In this document: positions 26,198 to 37,006 of the stretch, one piece after another | Layout: each line of letters opens with the position of its first letter | Position numbering within the stretch: the stretch's first letter is position 1 | From: Octopus sinensis | Taxonomy: Eukaryota | DNA length: 64,000 nt | Direction of reading: 5' to 3' | NCBI RefSeq assembly: GCF_006345805.1 | Contig: NC_043010.1 | Coordinates: forward strand, 43,462,001-43,526,000 | Made by a program: the position numbers and the translations under genes | Notes under the pieces: generated by a model | Told to the model about the DNA's origin: nothing | Database searches by the model: none | What the model saw: the letters and a program-made list of their open reading frames with translations, nothing else

Positions 26198-27613
26198 TAC
26201 ATGTAAGTTCTCTAGACATCCTAGTGTTTGAGGCTATACTCATGAAGTAATGTAGATAATTAAACAGATTTCTAAAGTTCATTAAAGTTCTTTAAAGATG
26301 ATGTATAGTCTTATCACAGAATATTAAAAAAGTTTTGATAGCATCACAGAGAAGGTGACCTAATCCATATGAATTTCCATAGATATGATGAGGGATTATA
26401 TACTCACAGAAGACAAATTTATCCATTGTTATTAGCATTACAGAGAGGGTGAATTAATCCTTTGTATATATGCACAGATTCCATGGGTGTAGATGTAAAT
26501 TTCCAGAGAAATGGAGATGAATTTCATATTCACAGGCGATAAATTTTACAATGGTTGAACACAATGAGGTAGGTACCAATCCTTGTTATATGGTTAGGTG
26601 TTTGCCATATTAATCACATTACTGCTATTCACAAGAGGCTGTAGCTATTTAACTCTTAAAGGCTGAAGGGCTTACTAGATCGGCCAAGAATAGAGAAGGG
26701 AATAGAAGAAAAGAGAGAAAATAATGGAGGAGGGAGCAAAAAGGGGGGGGGGGAAGGGGGACTAAAAGAGAAGAGAAAAGGAAACAGAGAATAAGAAGAA
26801 GAAAAAGAAGAAAGAGAAAAGAGAAAGAAATAGGGAAAGAAGGGAAAAAAAGAAAAAGAAAAAAGAGGGTTCTAGTTATACAGAAGAGCTAGTAGACTGT
26901 AAGTCTGGTTTTAATCAACAGGCATCTAGGAATTAGAGGGGAATATTATTCTTTGACCAGTAAACCGTTAATTTATTGCTGTTGAAATCAGCTATGAGTT
27001 TAAAGAGAATCTAAAGAGATAACACAGTCAGGGGTTAAGGGGTCAGATGCTAAAATCACCAGAAAATACATTAGGAAAATCTAAGTATAATCTTATCAAA
27101 AAGTCATTAAAAATTTACTTATTTAATTTATTCATTTTATTGTCTTAAGGAGTTGTCGTTATTATTCATACATTGACTGACTACAGGTCAAATCTTATAA
27201 GATCATTTAAGGTGTTAGGGGATTGTCTATCATAATGAAGATAATCATATTATCACCGAGGGAATAGCCTTATTTATTTAATTATGAAATAGAATTATGG
27301 GGCTACAGTAACTAATTATAATTTATTAGAGTTATGCTATTTAAATTAGATTAAGTTAGGAATTAAAAATAAATATTACAATTAAGATTTTAAATTAAGA
27401 ATTTAAAAATTGTGAGTTTGAAATTAAATAAAGCCTCAATTAAGTAGCGAATAAGTACTATTCATTTCCCTGTTCTCAAAAACTGATGCAGATATAAGGA
27501 AAAAGATAAAGAAGAACTGTAATGTGAGAACTCTTAGTTATCTACTTAAAGCAGTGCTATACTAGTAGAAATCAAGTTATATCTATCTATCTAGTTATGA
27601 ATATTCCAATCAT

Positions 27614-30432
27614 TTAAAATATTTTTAAAGTCTTCAATTTAGCGTGGACACAAACTTGACCTAGTTCGATATGGTTATTCAATAAGTTTCTATGTTTACT
27701 ATGCTTTAGAATTTCGAACGTCTCCATGGAGCATAGTTGACAACCAACCCTACTATTTTTATACGGAATTGCTCTCCTAACTATTTCCCAATTAAGGGTA
27801 TAATTTTTGTTATTATTTTTGAGTTCCCAGATTTTGTTTGAAAGTGTGGTGGGGTACCAGCTTTATGACGTAATTTAAAAGTCGAGATGTGATTTCTAAC
27901 TCTGGCTAAAAAATTAATTGTACAGCCAATGTAAAAATATTTGTTATTCTCCGTGGATATGGTACATTTATAGATTACATTATTTTCCCTACATAGACCA
28001 GGTGCCGGGCATTTTGATTTTATTCTACACTTACACACAGGAGGAACAACTTCAGGCCTTGGATTATTCCTGGGTAGATGTTTAAGGTTCCTATTATTTT
28101 GATTATCATTTCTATAGTTGGTACTGATATCTAAAGTATTGTTATTATTTATTGATCCTTCCGTTTCATCATTTAGGTGTAAAGTCCTACCAAGATTTTC
28201 TATTATTCGTAATGTTATTATTATTGTTAGTCTTTTTATCCAACTGTATATTATTGTTATAGATATCACTGATATTTTCATTCTCCTTATTTTCTCCATT
28301 AGCCTTATTTCTATTATTCTATTATTAACAATATTACTTCTATTAATATCGGCATTGTTATTATTACTATTAATGTTGTTAAGTTATTATCTCTGTGGTT
28401 ACTAATTTCACCTATGTTTTGATAGTTCCTATTGCTGTTTTTATTGTTGGTAGTATTATTGTTATTGCTATTGGTATTCATTCTGATATTATTATTTTTA
28501 TTTCTATCTTTCCTGGCTAGTTTAATGTTGTTATTATTAATTTTAGCTATTAAAGTGGACATATTTGGGAGGGTTGAATAAGAAATCCTAACTGTTTTCC
28601 TAGAAATAATTCTATGATATCTATGAGAGATAGGGAAATTTTTTCCAGAATCACTTTGATTTGTTCTGTATATCCGATTGTATCGCACAGTTGAAAGGAA
28701 TATTCAGCCATATATATATCTTTTATAAAATTTAGGGTTCGTAGAATTACTACTATTCATCTCACCGGAGTTATTGTATTTATTACCATTATTTTTATTT
28801 TTATTTGTGTGCATCTTAGGTTTATCTACTTCAATCTTATCCGAGTTACCTATGTTCTGGTCAATGCTTCTATTTGAATTGTTGGGCCTGTACTCTAGAT
28901 TAGCGTTTACCGTTAATTTAATTCTACTTTTATTTCGGGCTTGGTCTTTTTTGCTGCTTACTTGATTATGATAACTTCATTATTAGGAATACGTGAGTTC
29001 TCCATATCAACGAATGTAATCTTTTGGTTGTATCCAGCCTTAGATAACGCCGCATTATAATGCTCAGAATGGGAGTTAAATATATCCTTATTGGATGATA
29101 ATTTTGAAATTCTTAATGAATATTTCTTACTAAAGATTCTATTATATTTGGGGGATGATTTGATAATTTATTTACGTAATTCGTGACTTCGCCTTCCTTT
29201 CTAAATGGGTATGTAGCTTGGAGTTAAGGTCTAGGGTAATATCTAGGAAATTAGCTATTTTAGTGCCCGGTTCATACGTTATACTGAGGTTGAAATCCTT
29301 AAAGAACTTATTAATTTCTTTCTAATCCTTTCTAAACAGATTTATTATTACTAGGGATAACAAACAGAGCATCATCTATATAGACCCCCCTGTATTTCTG
29401 GGATATCCTTGTATGCATTTTAATAGATATGCGCCTACTAGGTTGGTTACCTCAGCCGAATCACTGGAACCCATTGGTATATCAAAAAATTTGGTGTATC
29501 TGCTCTAGTCCATAATTTATCTTCAAATTCAATAAATGTCTTCCTAGCTAGTAGCACAATATTGATTTCTTCTCTAGTTATGAGGGAGCGATTCATGGCA
29601 AATATTAGTGATTTGTTGAGTAAGATAGGGGAAATGCTAGAGTAATAACTATTAATATCGAACTGAATAAAGGACAGACTACTAGTATTAGTTAGAGAGT
29701 TAACCATTTTAGAACTTCGTCGGTACTTAGCCATAGGTTTAAGGGGAGAAGAGGGGTTATTTGGGGTAGAACAGTATCCAGGATAGATTTACTAAGTCGG
29801 CCAATGTCCGACTTAGTTGGACAGATCAGCCTTACTGAAGGGTTATCCAAGAAGTCCTTTTTGTGGTCTTTAAGGTTGATCCTGGGCTCACAGGGTTTAA
29901 GTGGCTCCGTTCTATCGTTAAATTTAGTTCTCCATGATCTCTTTCATTTCCATGTTTACTTTTTTCAAATTGTTCTTAGTTGTAATTTTATATTTGGAGT
30001 TTAGTTCTTTCCTAATTAATTTGCTATAAATATCGTAATCAACTCTATACATATTACCCGTTTTATCTGCTGGTACTAGGATTCCATGTTTGCACCGGGT
30101 TGACTGAATAAAGTTCCTAAGGTGTCTAAGGTGAGGGTTATATCTTAACGGGTGTTCATTGAAGCTAATATCATCTATAAGATTCAGCAAGTCTTTCTCA
30201 AAGTTCTCCAGGAATGGGTTCTGAGGTGGGCTTTTTCTACTTTTAAAAATTCTTCAAATTCTTTTCGGTTCATTTCCTGAGGTTTCTTCTTCTGTTTGAC
30301 ATCAAAATGGTACGTTTTCCACCTGATTCTTCTAATGAAATCGTTAATCCTATGAATGAGAAGCCAATTATATTCATCTATACTATGTAAGGGGATGTCT
30401 TTAGGGGAGAACTTAATGTTTACTTTTTCCAT
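27614..30432 (-). pseudogene. PLE RT-GIY-YIG ORF broken by multiple frameshifts
   Basis: Collinear fragments: N-term MEKVNIKFSPKDIP...FIRRIRWKTYHF; LVPADKTGNMY; FIQFDINSYYSSI (RT motif); GGLY(R)DDAL region ~29368-29390; RKTVRISYSTLPNM; CKCRIKSKCP..GLC..NVIYKC...YIGCT (GIY-YIG); C-term CQLCSME...LLN...CVH, stop at 27614-27616. Confidence 0.9.
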
Positions 30433-30433
30433 T

Positions 30434-30523
30434 CTGTTGAGAATTAAGTACCAGAAAAACATACAGACTGTATGGGAATATATTCAAAGAGCAATAAAGA
30501 TTCAAGTTAATTAAAAAATTTAC
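30434..30523 (-). other. Putative 90-nt intron in the PLE 5' leader
   Basis: Donor CAA|GTAAAT at 30523, branch-like CTTAAT, and acceptor TTCTCAACAG| ending at 30434, one base before the ORF ATG (30432). Confidence 0.55.
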
Positions 30524-30807
30524 TTGAATATGGTACCTAACTTAGATGCACCAAAAAAAACTATACTGATTTAACAATACAGTAATGTGGGGTGATTATA
30601 AGCGAGAAAGAAGCAACAAGAATGGATAGGTTTTTAGTACGATCGTTTCATACAAGGACAGGTTTTATTAAAAGTTGCAAAGATTACAGCATATAAAGAC
30701 TATACATCATCTTTAAAGAACTTTAATGAACTTTAGAAATCTGTTTAATTATCTACATTACTTCATGAGTATAGCCTCAAACACTAGGATGTCTAGAGAA
30801 CTTACAT

Positions 30808-30901
30808 GTTTTTAGCTGATGAGTACGGGACTCGTTTATATGCTGTAATCTTTGCAACTTTTAAAAAACCTGTCCTTGTATGAAACGATCGTACTAAAAA
30901 C
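30808..30901 (+). ncRNA. Type I hammerhead ribozyme in the inverted pLTR
   Basis: Stem I GTTTTTAG 30808-30815 / CTAAAAAC 30894-30901. Core CTGATGA 30816-30822. Stem II GTACGGGAC 30823-30831 / GTCCTTGTAT 30872-30881. GAAA 30882-30885. Palindromic stem III ACGATCGT. GUA cleavage triplet ending at 30893. Confidence 0.88.
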
Positions 30902-32428
30902 CTATCCATTCTGTTGCTTCTTTTCGCGTATATATATATATATATATATAATATATTGATCACTCTTAGTCATACCAGCTGTAGAGAAAAGCTTTGCAGA
31001 AGAGGTCTAATAACAATGAATATGTGTGTTGCTTTCACCAAGTGGAAAAGTACATTTTCTATATTCTCCAAAATTTCAGTGGAGTGATTTAATTAGAGTT
31101 ATATCCCTTTGCTTGTTTTTAGATTTTAAACACTCCTAGGTGGCGATCTTGTCTTCTGATTTCATGGATAATCTCAGTTATTCAGAGTACAGTGAGACCC
31201 TACCATAATAGTATAGTGATAGCTGGAACTTAATTCCAAATTGACAGCATTGTAGAGAGAGAGAGACAAATGGCTCCTTAGAGAGGATTTATGTCTTTTA
31301 CATTTAATTTTCTGAGATCTGGTAGTTATTTCTGTCATCTAAGTGAAATGAGGAGTATAGAATAAAGTGGTGCATACAGAGACACAACAAAACATCCACA
31401 GTGAATTTGAACTCATGAACTTGAAATTAACTGGTCAATAATTTACACTTTTTGCCATTTTGTTTCTACCCAAAATATAATTGCTATTTATTATATTGGT
31501 TTTGGATACAGTTTTTGCTATGTTGCAAATAGGAGATCCCCGAGAAAAATCGTTATTGATTATAAGCTTAGCATTTGTACATTCAAACAATTTATTCCAT
31601 TATCTGTGTTTTTTTTATTGCTTTCTGTTTATTTGTATTTTCATAGAATTACAATTATTTTCATTTCTGTACTAATTAAAGTAATGCATTTGTTTTCACT
31701 ATGCCATTAATGTATGCACATTTTAATGTTGCAATTATAGCTGAATTAAATTAATTTTTTACTTAAGTTTGAAAAGAATCGAAAATTTGAATGGTTTTAG
31801 TATAAGAGACTTTGTCATTATTAAGCTGATATTTGGCACACAACTTAAAAGTGGATCATCATCATCGTTACCACTACCACCACCACCACCGACATCATCA
31901 TCATCATCATCATTTAATGTTCTTTTTTTGACTGCGCCAAAAAATTGTGGTGGACAGATTTATGATAAATATGAGCATTTTAAAATAATAGGTTTTGTAT
32001 TAAAACTAGAAGTGATCTTTAAAAGAATTAAAATAATGTCAGCTGTAAGGTGACAAATTGGCAGAATCACAAGAGTTTCAGATGAATGCCCCAATGTTTG
32101 TTCTGACTCTCTGCACTCTAACTTCAAAAGCCAAGGTGACCTTGGCTTTTTATCTTTTTGGAGTCAATAAAAAAAAGTATTTATCTGAGGCAGTGGACTG
32201 GCATATCAGTTAGAAGTTCTGGTAAGATGCCTTGTGGTGTCTGTTCTTGCTGTTTGAACTTTAGCATCAATGTCTGCAATAATGCTGGTGCCAAGCTGTA
32301 TCAGCTAAAATCAGCAGCCTTTTCCTTGGATAAACTTTGGTGTCATGGAAAGAGAAACCTTGAATGCATGGGCAACTTTAGTCTACCTCAGAAAATCTCA
32401 CCCAGGCTTACACATAGATGTACAAATA

Positions 32429-33101
32429 TTGGGTCATCCCATAAATAATGCAGTTTTTTAATACTTCTTTTATTTTTCAAAATAAAAATAAACAAAGTTC
32501 TTCTTTAATCTAGAATATATTCTTCATTTTCTACAATACTCTTCAAATTATCTGGTAGACTTACAAGGCCCCTCTTCCTATATTCACTTGTCTGTGATGA
32601 AAAATACTCCTCGTCTACAGAATTCATATTTTTTCCATCTAAATGCTTTTGAAGACTGCAGAATAAATGATAATCCAATGGGGCAATGTCTGGTGAATGT
32701 GGGATACCATTTCCCATTCAAACTGCTCCAGCCTTTGGAATGTCATCCTCACCGGATGTGGCCTCACATTATCCTGATGGAAGAACACCTTTCGTCTTGA
32801 TGGTCATTTTTCTTCTAGCACTGACCAATCCCCATATACTGTATTAATATTCCTCACACTCTCCATTGCATTATTGCCTTTATTGAACTCATAAATCAAA
32901 ATATGCTGAATATGCTCCTTATAGCTTTGAAAAAATAACTGTTAAAATCAAATTGCATTCTTCAAAACTTTACTAAGAATAAGTACAAGATAAAATTACT
33001 ACCTGCTTTTATAGCTAGTTGATGCAGGTAGTTCATCCCATCCCACTCCAAATTTTAGTTCATGCAATTGAAAAAACTAAATTATTTATGGGTTGACCCA
33101 A
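32429..33101 (-). mobile_element. Internally deleted mariner element
   Basis: TA flanks; TIR TTGGGTCATCCCATAAATAAT / ATTATTTATGGGTTGACCCAA; remnants HQDNVRPH, HSPDIAPLDYHLF, and N-term HILIYEFNKGNNA. Confidence 0.9.
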
Positions 33102-33259
33102 TACTTGGTCAGCTTTAATCAATAGAAGTTCTAGAAATATAATGCCAGCCCTGAGCTTATTGGTTGAGTTTGCACAAGTGTTATATCTACTGATTCAATG
33201 AGTTTTCTATATTTTCACAATTATATCTATCACTTATGGGGATCCTTTTCCTATACCAT

Positions 33260-33600
33260 ATATGATGCATATGGGTGAGGACAGCTGCGTAAAGAAGTGC
33301 TGGGCTCTAATTGTGGAGGGAACCTGTGGAAAGGGTAGACCCAGAAAGATGTGGGACAAAATGGTGAGAAAGAATCTTCAGACGCCACATAAAATCCACT
33401 CATGCCAGTGCTGCATAAACACATCAATACCAGTGGCATGTAAAAAGCATCGAACACACTCTGTAAAGTGGTTGGTGTTAGGAAGGGTATCCAGCCATAG
33501 AAACCATGCCACAACAGACAATTGAAATCTGGACAGCTCCCCCGCTGGCCAGCTCCTGTCAACCTGTTCAGCCCATGCCAGCATGAAAAACAGACAGTAA

Positions 33601-33632
<32 letters not shown>
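33260..33632 (+). mobile_element. RTE 3' fragment joined to a (GAT)n-tailed repeat (family C)
   Basis: MMHMGEDSCVKKC...VEGTCGKGRPRKMWDKMVRKNL is RTE-like, followed by family C sequence ending in (GAT)n. Confidence 0.75.
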
Positions 33633-34074
33633 ATATGTCTAGTCATTCCTAACTTAGATGTTTCTCTAATCATCAAGGCTTTTGATGTTCCTCTACTCTG
33701 ATCATTTGAGGGTTTTTATAAGACATTCTTTCATTAAACTAATACTTAATCAAAACTTAAATCAGTATAGCTAATGCTAATATCAGCTCAATATGGCTAT
33801 CTTTGATCTACAGATGTAGCATTTCATGTGCATATCACTTGTAAACTAGATTTTAGAATTAAAATCTTTAATTAAGAAATAAAAATATCTAGTTTAAATC
33901 CAGCCAGCTGTTATGTATATGTCTAGGAATAATACATCTACGACAATCAGAGATCAAACAGATTAAAATGTAGTATAGGTGTAAATAATTAAATATATTT
34001 TATTTATAGAGTTGAGACAAAAAAAAATTATGATTATATTTAACAATAACTCATCTGATATATTTAATCAAAAT

Positions 34075-34093
34075 TTTCTGGTTTGCTTTCCAG
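34075..34093 (+). promoter_or_regulatory. Candidate splice acceptor for the exon carrying the 299-aa CDS
   Basis: Polypyrimidine tract tttctggtttgctttccag ending in CAG at 34093. An alternative acceptor gttattccag ends at 34340. Confidence 0.4.
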
Positions 34094-34762
34094 GGTTTTG
34101 TTCCGGAAGTTTACAAAGCAGTCAGCCATGATTGCTATAAGAACCAAAGGGAGCTTTGTCAAATGTGATACCCTTTATTTGTACTAGCATCCAACTCTAA
34201 TAAAGAAAGGAAGAAAGAACTTGTGAGAGTTGCAGAAACTTTGCCAAATTTATAACAATTATTAGAAATATTTATTATAATTATTGTTGTTGTAATTGTT
34301 AATGATATTACTAATATTTGTAATTCATGTGTTATTCCAGGAATATATCAATATTTTTCTGATGGTCAAATTTTTTGAAGCATTTGAAGAAAAGACAGGC
34401 ATTATTACCACAACAAAAGCAAAATAACACAATAATGAGATTTTAATCAAAGATGATTATATTTTTATTTTAGTTTTTATTTCTGTTATTATTTATATTA
34501 TTGTTATTGATGTTGTTGTTGTCAACATTTGCAAGAAATATTCTCCAATCTTTTACTTATTCTTCTCATTAATTCTTGAAAAAAATCATAAAGAAACTCA
34601 GTACTCAAGAGAAGGAAAATAAGTATTAAAAAGTACAGGAATATAACTAACAGTGAAATTAAAATTGCCAGAAAACAAAGAAAGAAAGACTCCCTAGAAT
34701 TTATTTTAACATCAGAGGATAATCTACAAGAGTGGTATTTGTCACACTTAGTGTGACTCAAC

Positions 34763-35662
34763 ATGAACATCTTTGAATCTATGATATCTGTCCGATACTT
34801 GATTGCTTCAGTCTTATGTGCCACATGTTGTTCAATGCCACATCTTGTCGACCTAATCACAGGAGCTGAACACAAGCACCACGGTTCCACTACACAGAGT
34901 TCAAACAACAACAGTGGAGCAAGTTCCAACAACGAACACAGTCACAAGTCCTTCTCCTCACCGTCCACCTCTCAAGAGACTCATCAACAGTCAAAACAAT
35001 ATTCAGAGACTATTTACCATCACTATGCCAAAATTGGCCGATCACTGGATAGACAACCTCAACAGCTAAAAATTGGCGCCTTAACGGATACACTGTCAAA
35101 CAACCAGCAAACTGATAACAGAACAATGACAAACATAAACCTGTCTTCCATGCCATTTTCATCTTCATCAAACATGTCTGTCAACAAAACAATAGTCAAT
35201 GTATTGGGTTCGATATCTGTCAACAACAGCAATGCCACTCAAGTTGATGAGGACTTGCCGGTAGCGTCCGTGTCACCCCCGGAAGACATCGTCGTACACA
35301 AAGACTTACCCCTTCCTTTGCTCATTGCCAGCCCCGTGGCAGCAGTGAGCATTATCATTTTCGTGTGCATCGCCTACTACTGCCACTCATCGCAGTTGGA
35401 CGCACGTGCACGACAATTAGCTCTGAAGTACGCTGTCATCTCAACAGAGCCACCAGTCTGCAGCCGAGGGGTGCCATCCACTTCCAGTGTCGACATGGAC
35501 CTCATCAGAAAGCCCTCATTACGACCAAGTACTAGTAGGACTTCAACTCCTAACCAGACCCCAGATGGTTCAAAACGAGGCAGCATCAACTGGGTTGCTA
35601 TTGGTGACCAGGAAGTCATAACTTATACAGCAGCACGACGACATTCCACATTCATTCTATAA
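34763..35662 (+). CDS. Uncharacterised single-pass type I membrane glycoprotein, 299 aa, intronless CDS
   Basis: Longest non-repetitive ORF, with an in-frame TGA at 34754-34756 closing it upstream. N-terminal hydrophobic signal-like segment (MISVRYLIASVLCATCCS). S/T/N/Q/H-rich ectodomain with ~7 N-x-S/T sequons. One TM helix at ~aa184-206 (LPLLIASPVAAVSIIIFVCIAYY). Cytoplasmic RKPS/KRGS/RRHS motifs and a hydrophobic C-terminus (STFIL). Confidence 0.85.
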   Translation: MNIFESMISVRYLIASVLCATCCSMPHLVDLITGAEHKHHGSTTQSSNNNSGASSNNEHSHKSFSSPSTSQETHQQSKQYSETIYHHYAKIGRSLDRQPQQLKIGALTDTLSNNQQTDNRTMTNINLSSMPFSSSSNMSVNKTIVNVLGSISVNNSNATQVDEDLPVASVSPPEDIVVHKDLPLPLLIASPVAAVSIIIFVCIAYYCHSSQLDARARQLALKYAVISTEPPVCSRGVPSTSSVDMDLIRKPSLRPSTSRTSTPNQTPDGSKRGSINWVAIGDQEVITYTAARRHSTFIL

Positions 35663-36050
35663 ACACTTTCTCTTATATCATCACCATCATCATCATCATC
35701 ATCATAGTCATCATCATCAACATCATCATCATTATCATCATAATTATTATAATCTATTACCCTAAGTGAATGCAGACGGCCAAAACAATAGTATATCACA
35801 ATAATTGCATAAATGTTTAATTTCCCCCTTGGTTTTCCCTTTAAATTTGTAACAGGGTCAATTCTAACTGTATTTTCCAGTACACCAGTATCAATAAACT
35901 AAATACTTCTCCTACCCTTTAAATATGTGGCCTTGGGCAAATGTGAAAAATCATCAGCATCAGCACCATCATAATCATCATCATCATCATGTTGTTCTTG
36001 TTGTTAATATTATTATTATTATTATTATTAATATTATTATTATTATTATT

Positions 36051-36238
36051 CCACCAAGGTCAACTTTACCTTTCATCCTTACGGGGTCGATAAAATAAGT
36101 ACCAGTTGTGTAATGGGGTCGATGTACTCGACTATCCCCTGCCCTAAATTTCAGGCCTATGCCTATAGTAGAAAGGATTACTAGAAATCATCATCATCAT
36201 CATCAACATCATCATCATCATCATCATTATCATCATCA

Positions 36239-36307
<69 letters not shown>

Positions 36308-36470
36308 GGTGGCATTACATTCTCAGTTCAAGTTCTGCCAAGGCCAACTTTACCTTTCATCCCTCTGGGGGCGATAAAATAAAGTACCAGTTTAGGTACT
36401 GGGGTCAATACAACTGACTAGTCCCTGACCACAAATTTCAGGCTTTGTGCCTAAATTAGAAATAATTACT
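36051..36470 (+). mobile_element. Two head-to-tail family B SINE fragments separated by (CAT)n(ATT)n
   Basis: Core TTTCATCC..GGGGTCGATAAAATAAGTACCAG twice, with tails TTTCAGGC.T.TGCCTA.. ending in ATT repeats. Confidence 0.75.
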
Positions 36471-36951
36471 ATTATTCCTATTATTATTGTTATTATCATT
36501 ATTGTGTTTTCACCCATTTGGATGGACATGCTTTGGTTCATTCCATGAAATTTCCATTTTATACTATGTGCAGCTGAAGAAAATTATTTCTTTTTGAATA
36601 ATTTTCTTCAAAGAATTTTTCTGGAACATTTTGGATGTTTCCCTATACTAGGAAGACACAAGGTCTGTCAGTTTTGGACATTTTTAAGCAATTATATTTT
36701 TGTTTACATTCAACTTAAATGGCTTCCTGCCAGAAAATATATAATGCCCACGAAAATGATATGAATGTAACAACACACAAAAAAAAAGAAAGAAAAGGAT
36801 AAATTAAATAACACAGCAGGATATATATAGATTCATGTGGAAAAAATATCGACTTCTTGACAGAAAAAAGTGACAATGATTCTAACAATTCCAATGATAT
36901 GGTTAACAACATCAATAACAATGGACCCACCACACACACATACTCACACAC

Positions 36952-37006
<55 letters not shown>

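Larger units (their letters stand above)
25953..30927 (-). mobile_element. Penelope-like retroelement (C-terminal GIY-YIG type), near full length, with direct and inverted pseudo-LTRs, inserted in (TA)n
   Basis: Direct repeat 25953-26171 = 30478-30697. Inverted copy 30696-30927 = reverse complement of ~26078-26312. (TA)n on both flanks. RT and GIY-YIG motifs in the frameshifted ORF. Hammerhead motifs in the pLTRs. Confidence 0.93.

Noticed and set aside
34522-34932. Antisense 136-aa ORF (and 35377-35619)
   Set aside because: Shadow frames of the 299-aa CDS and its UTR.
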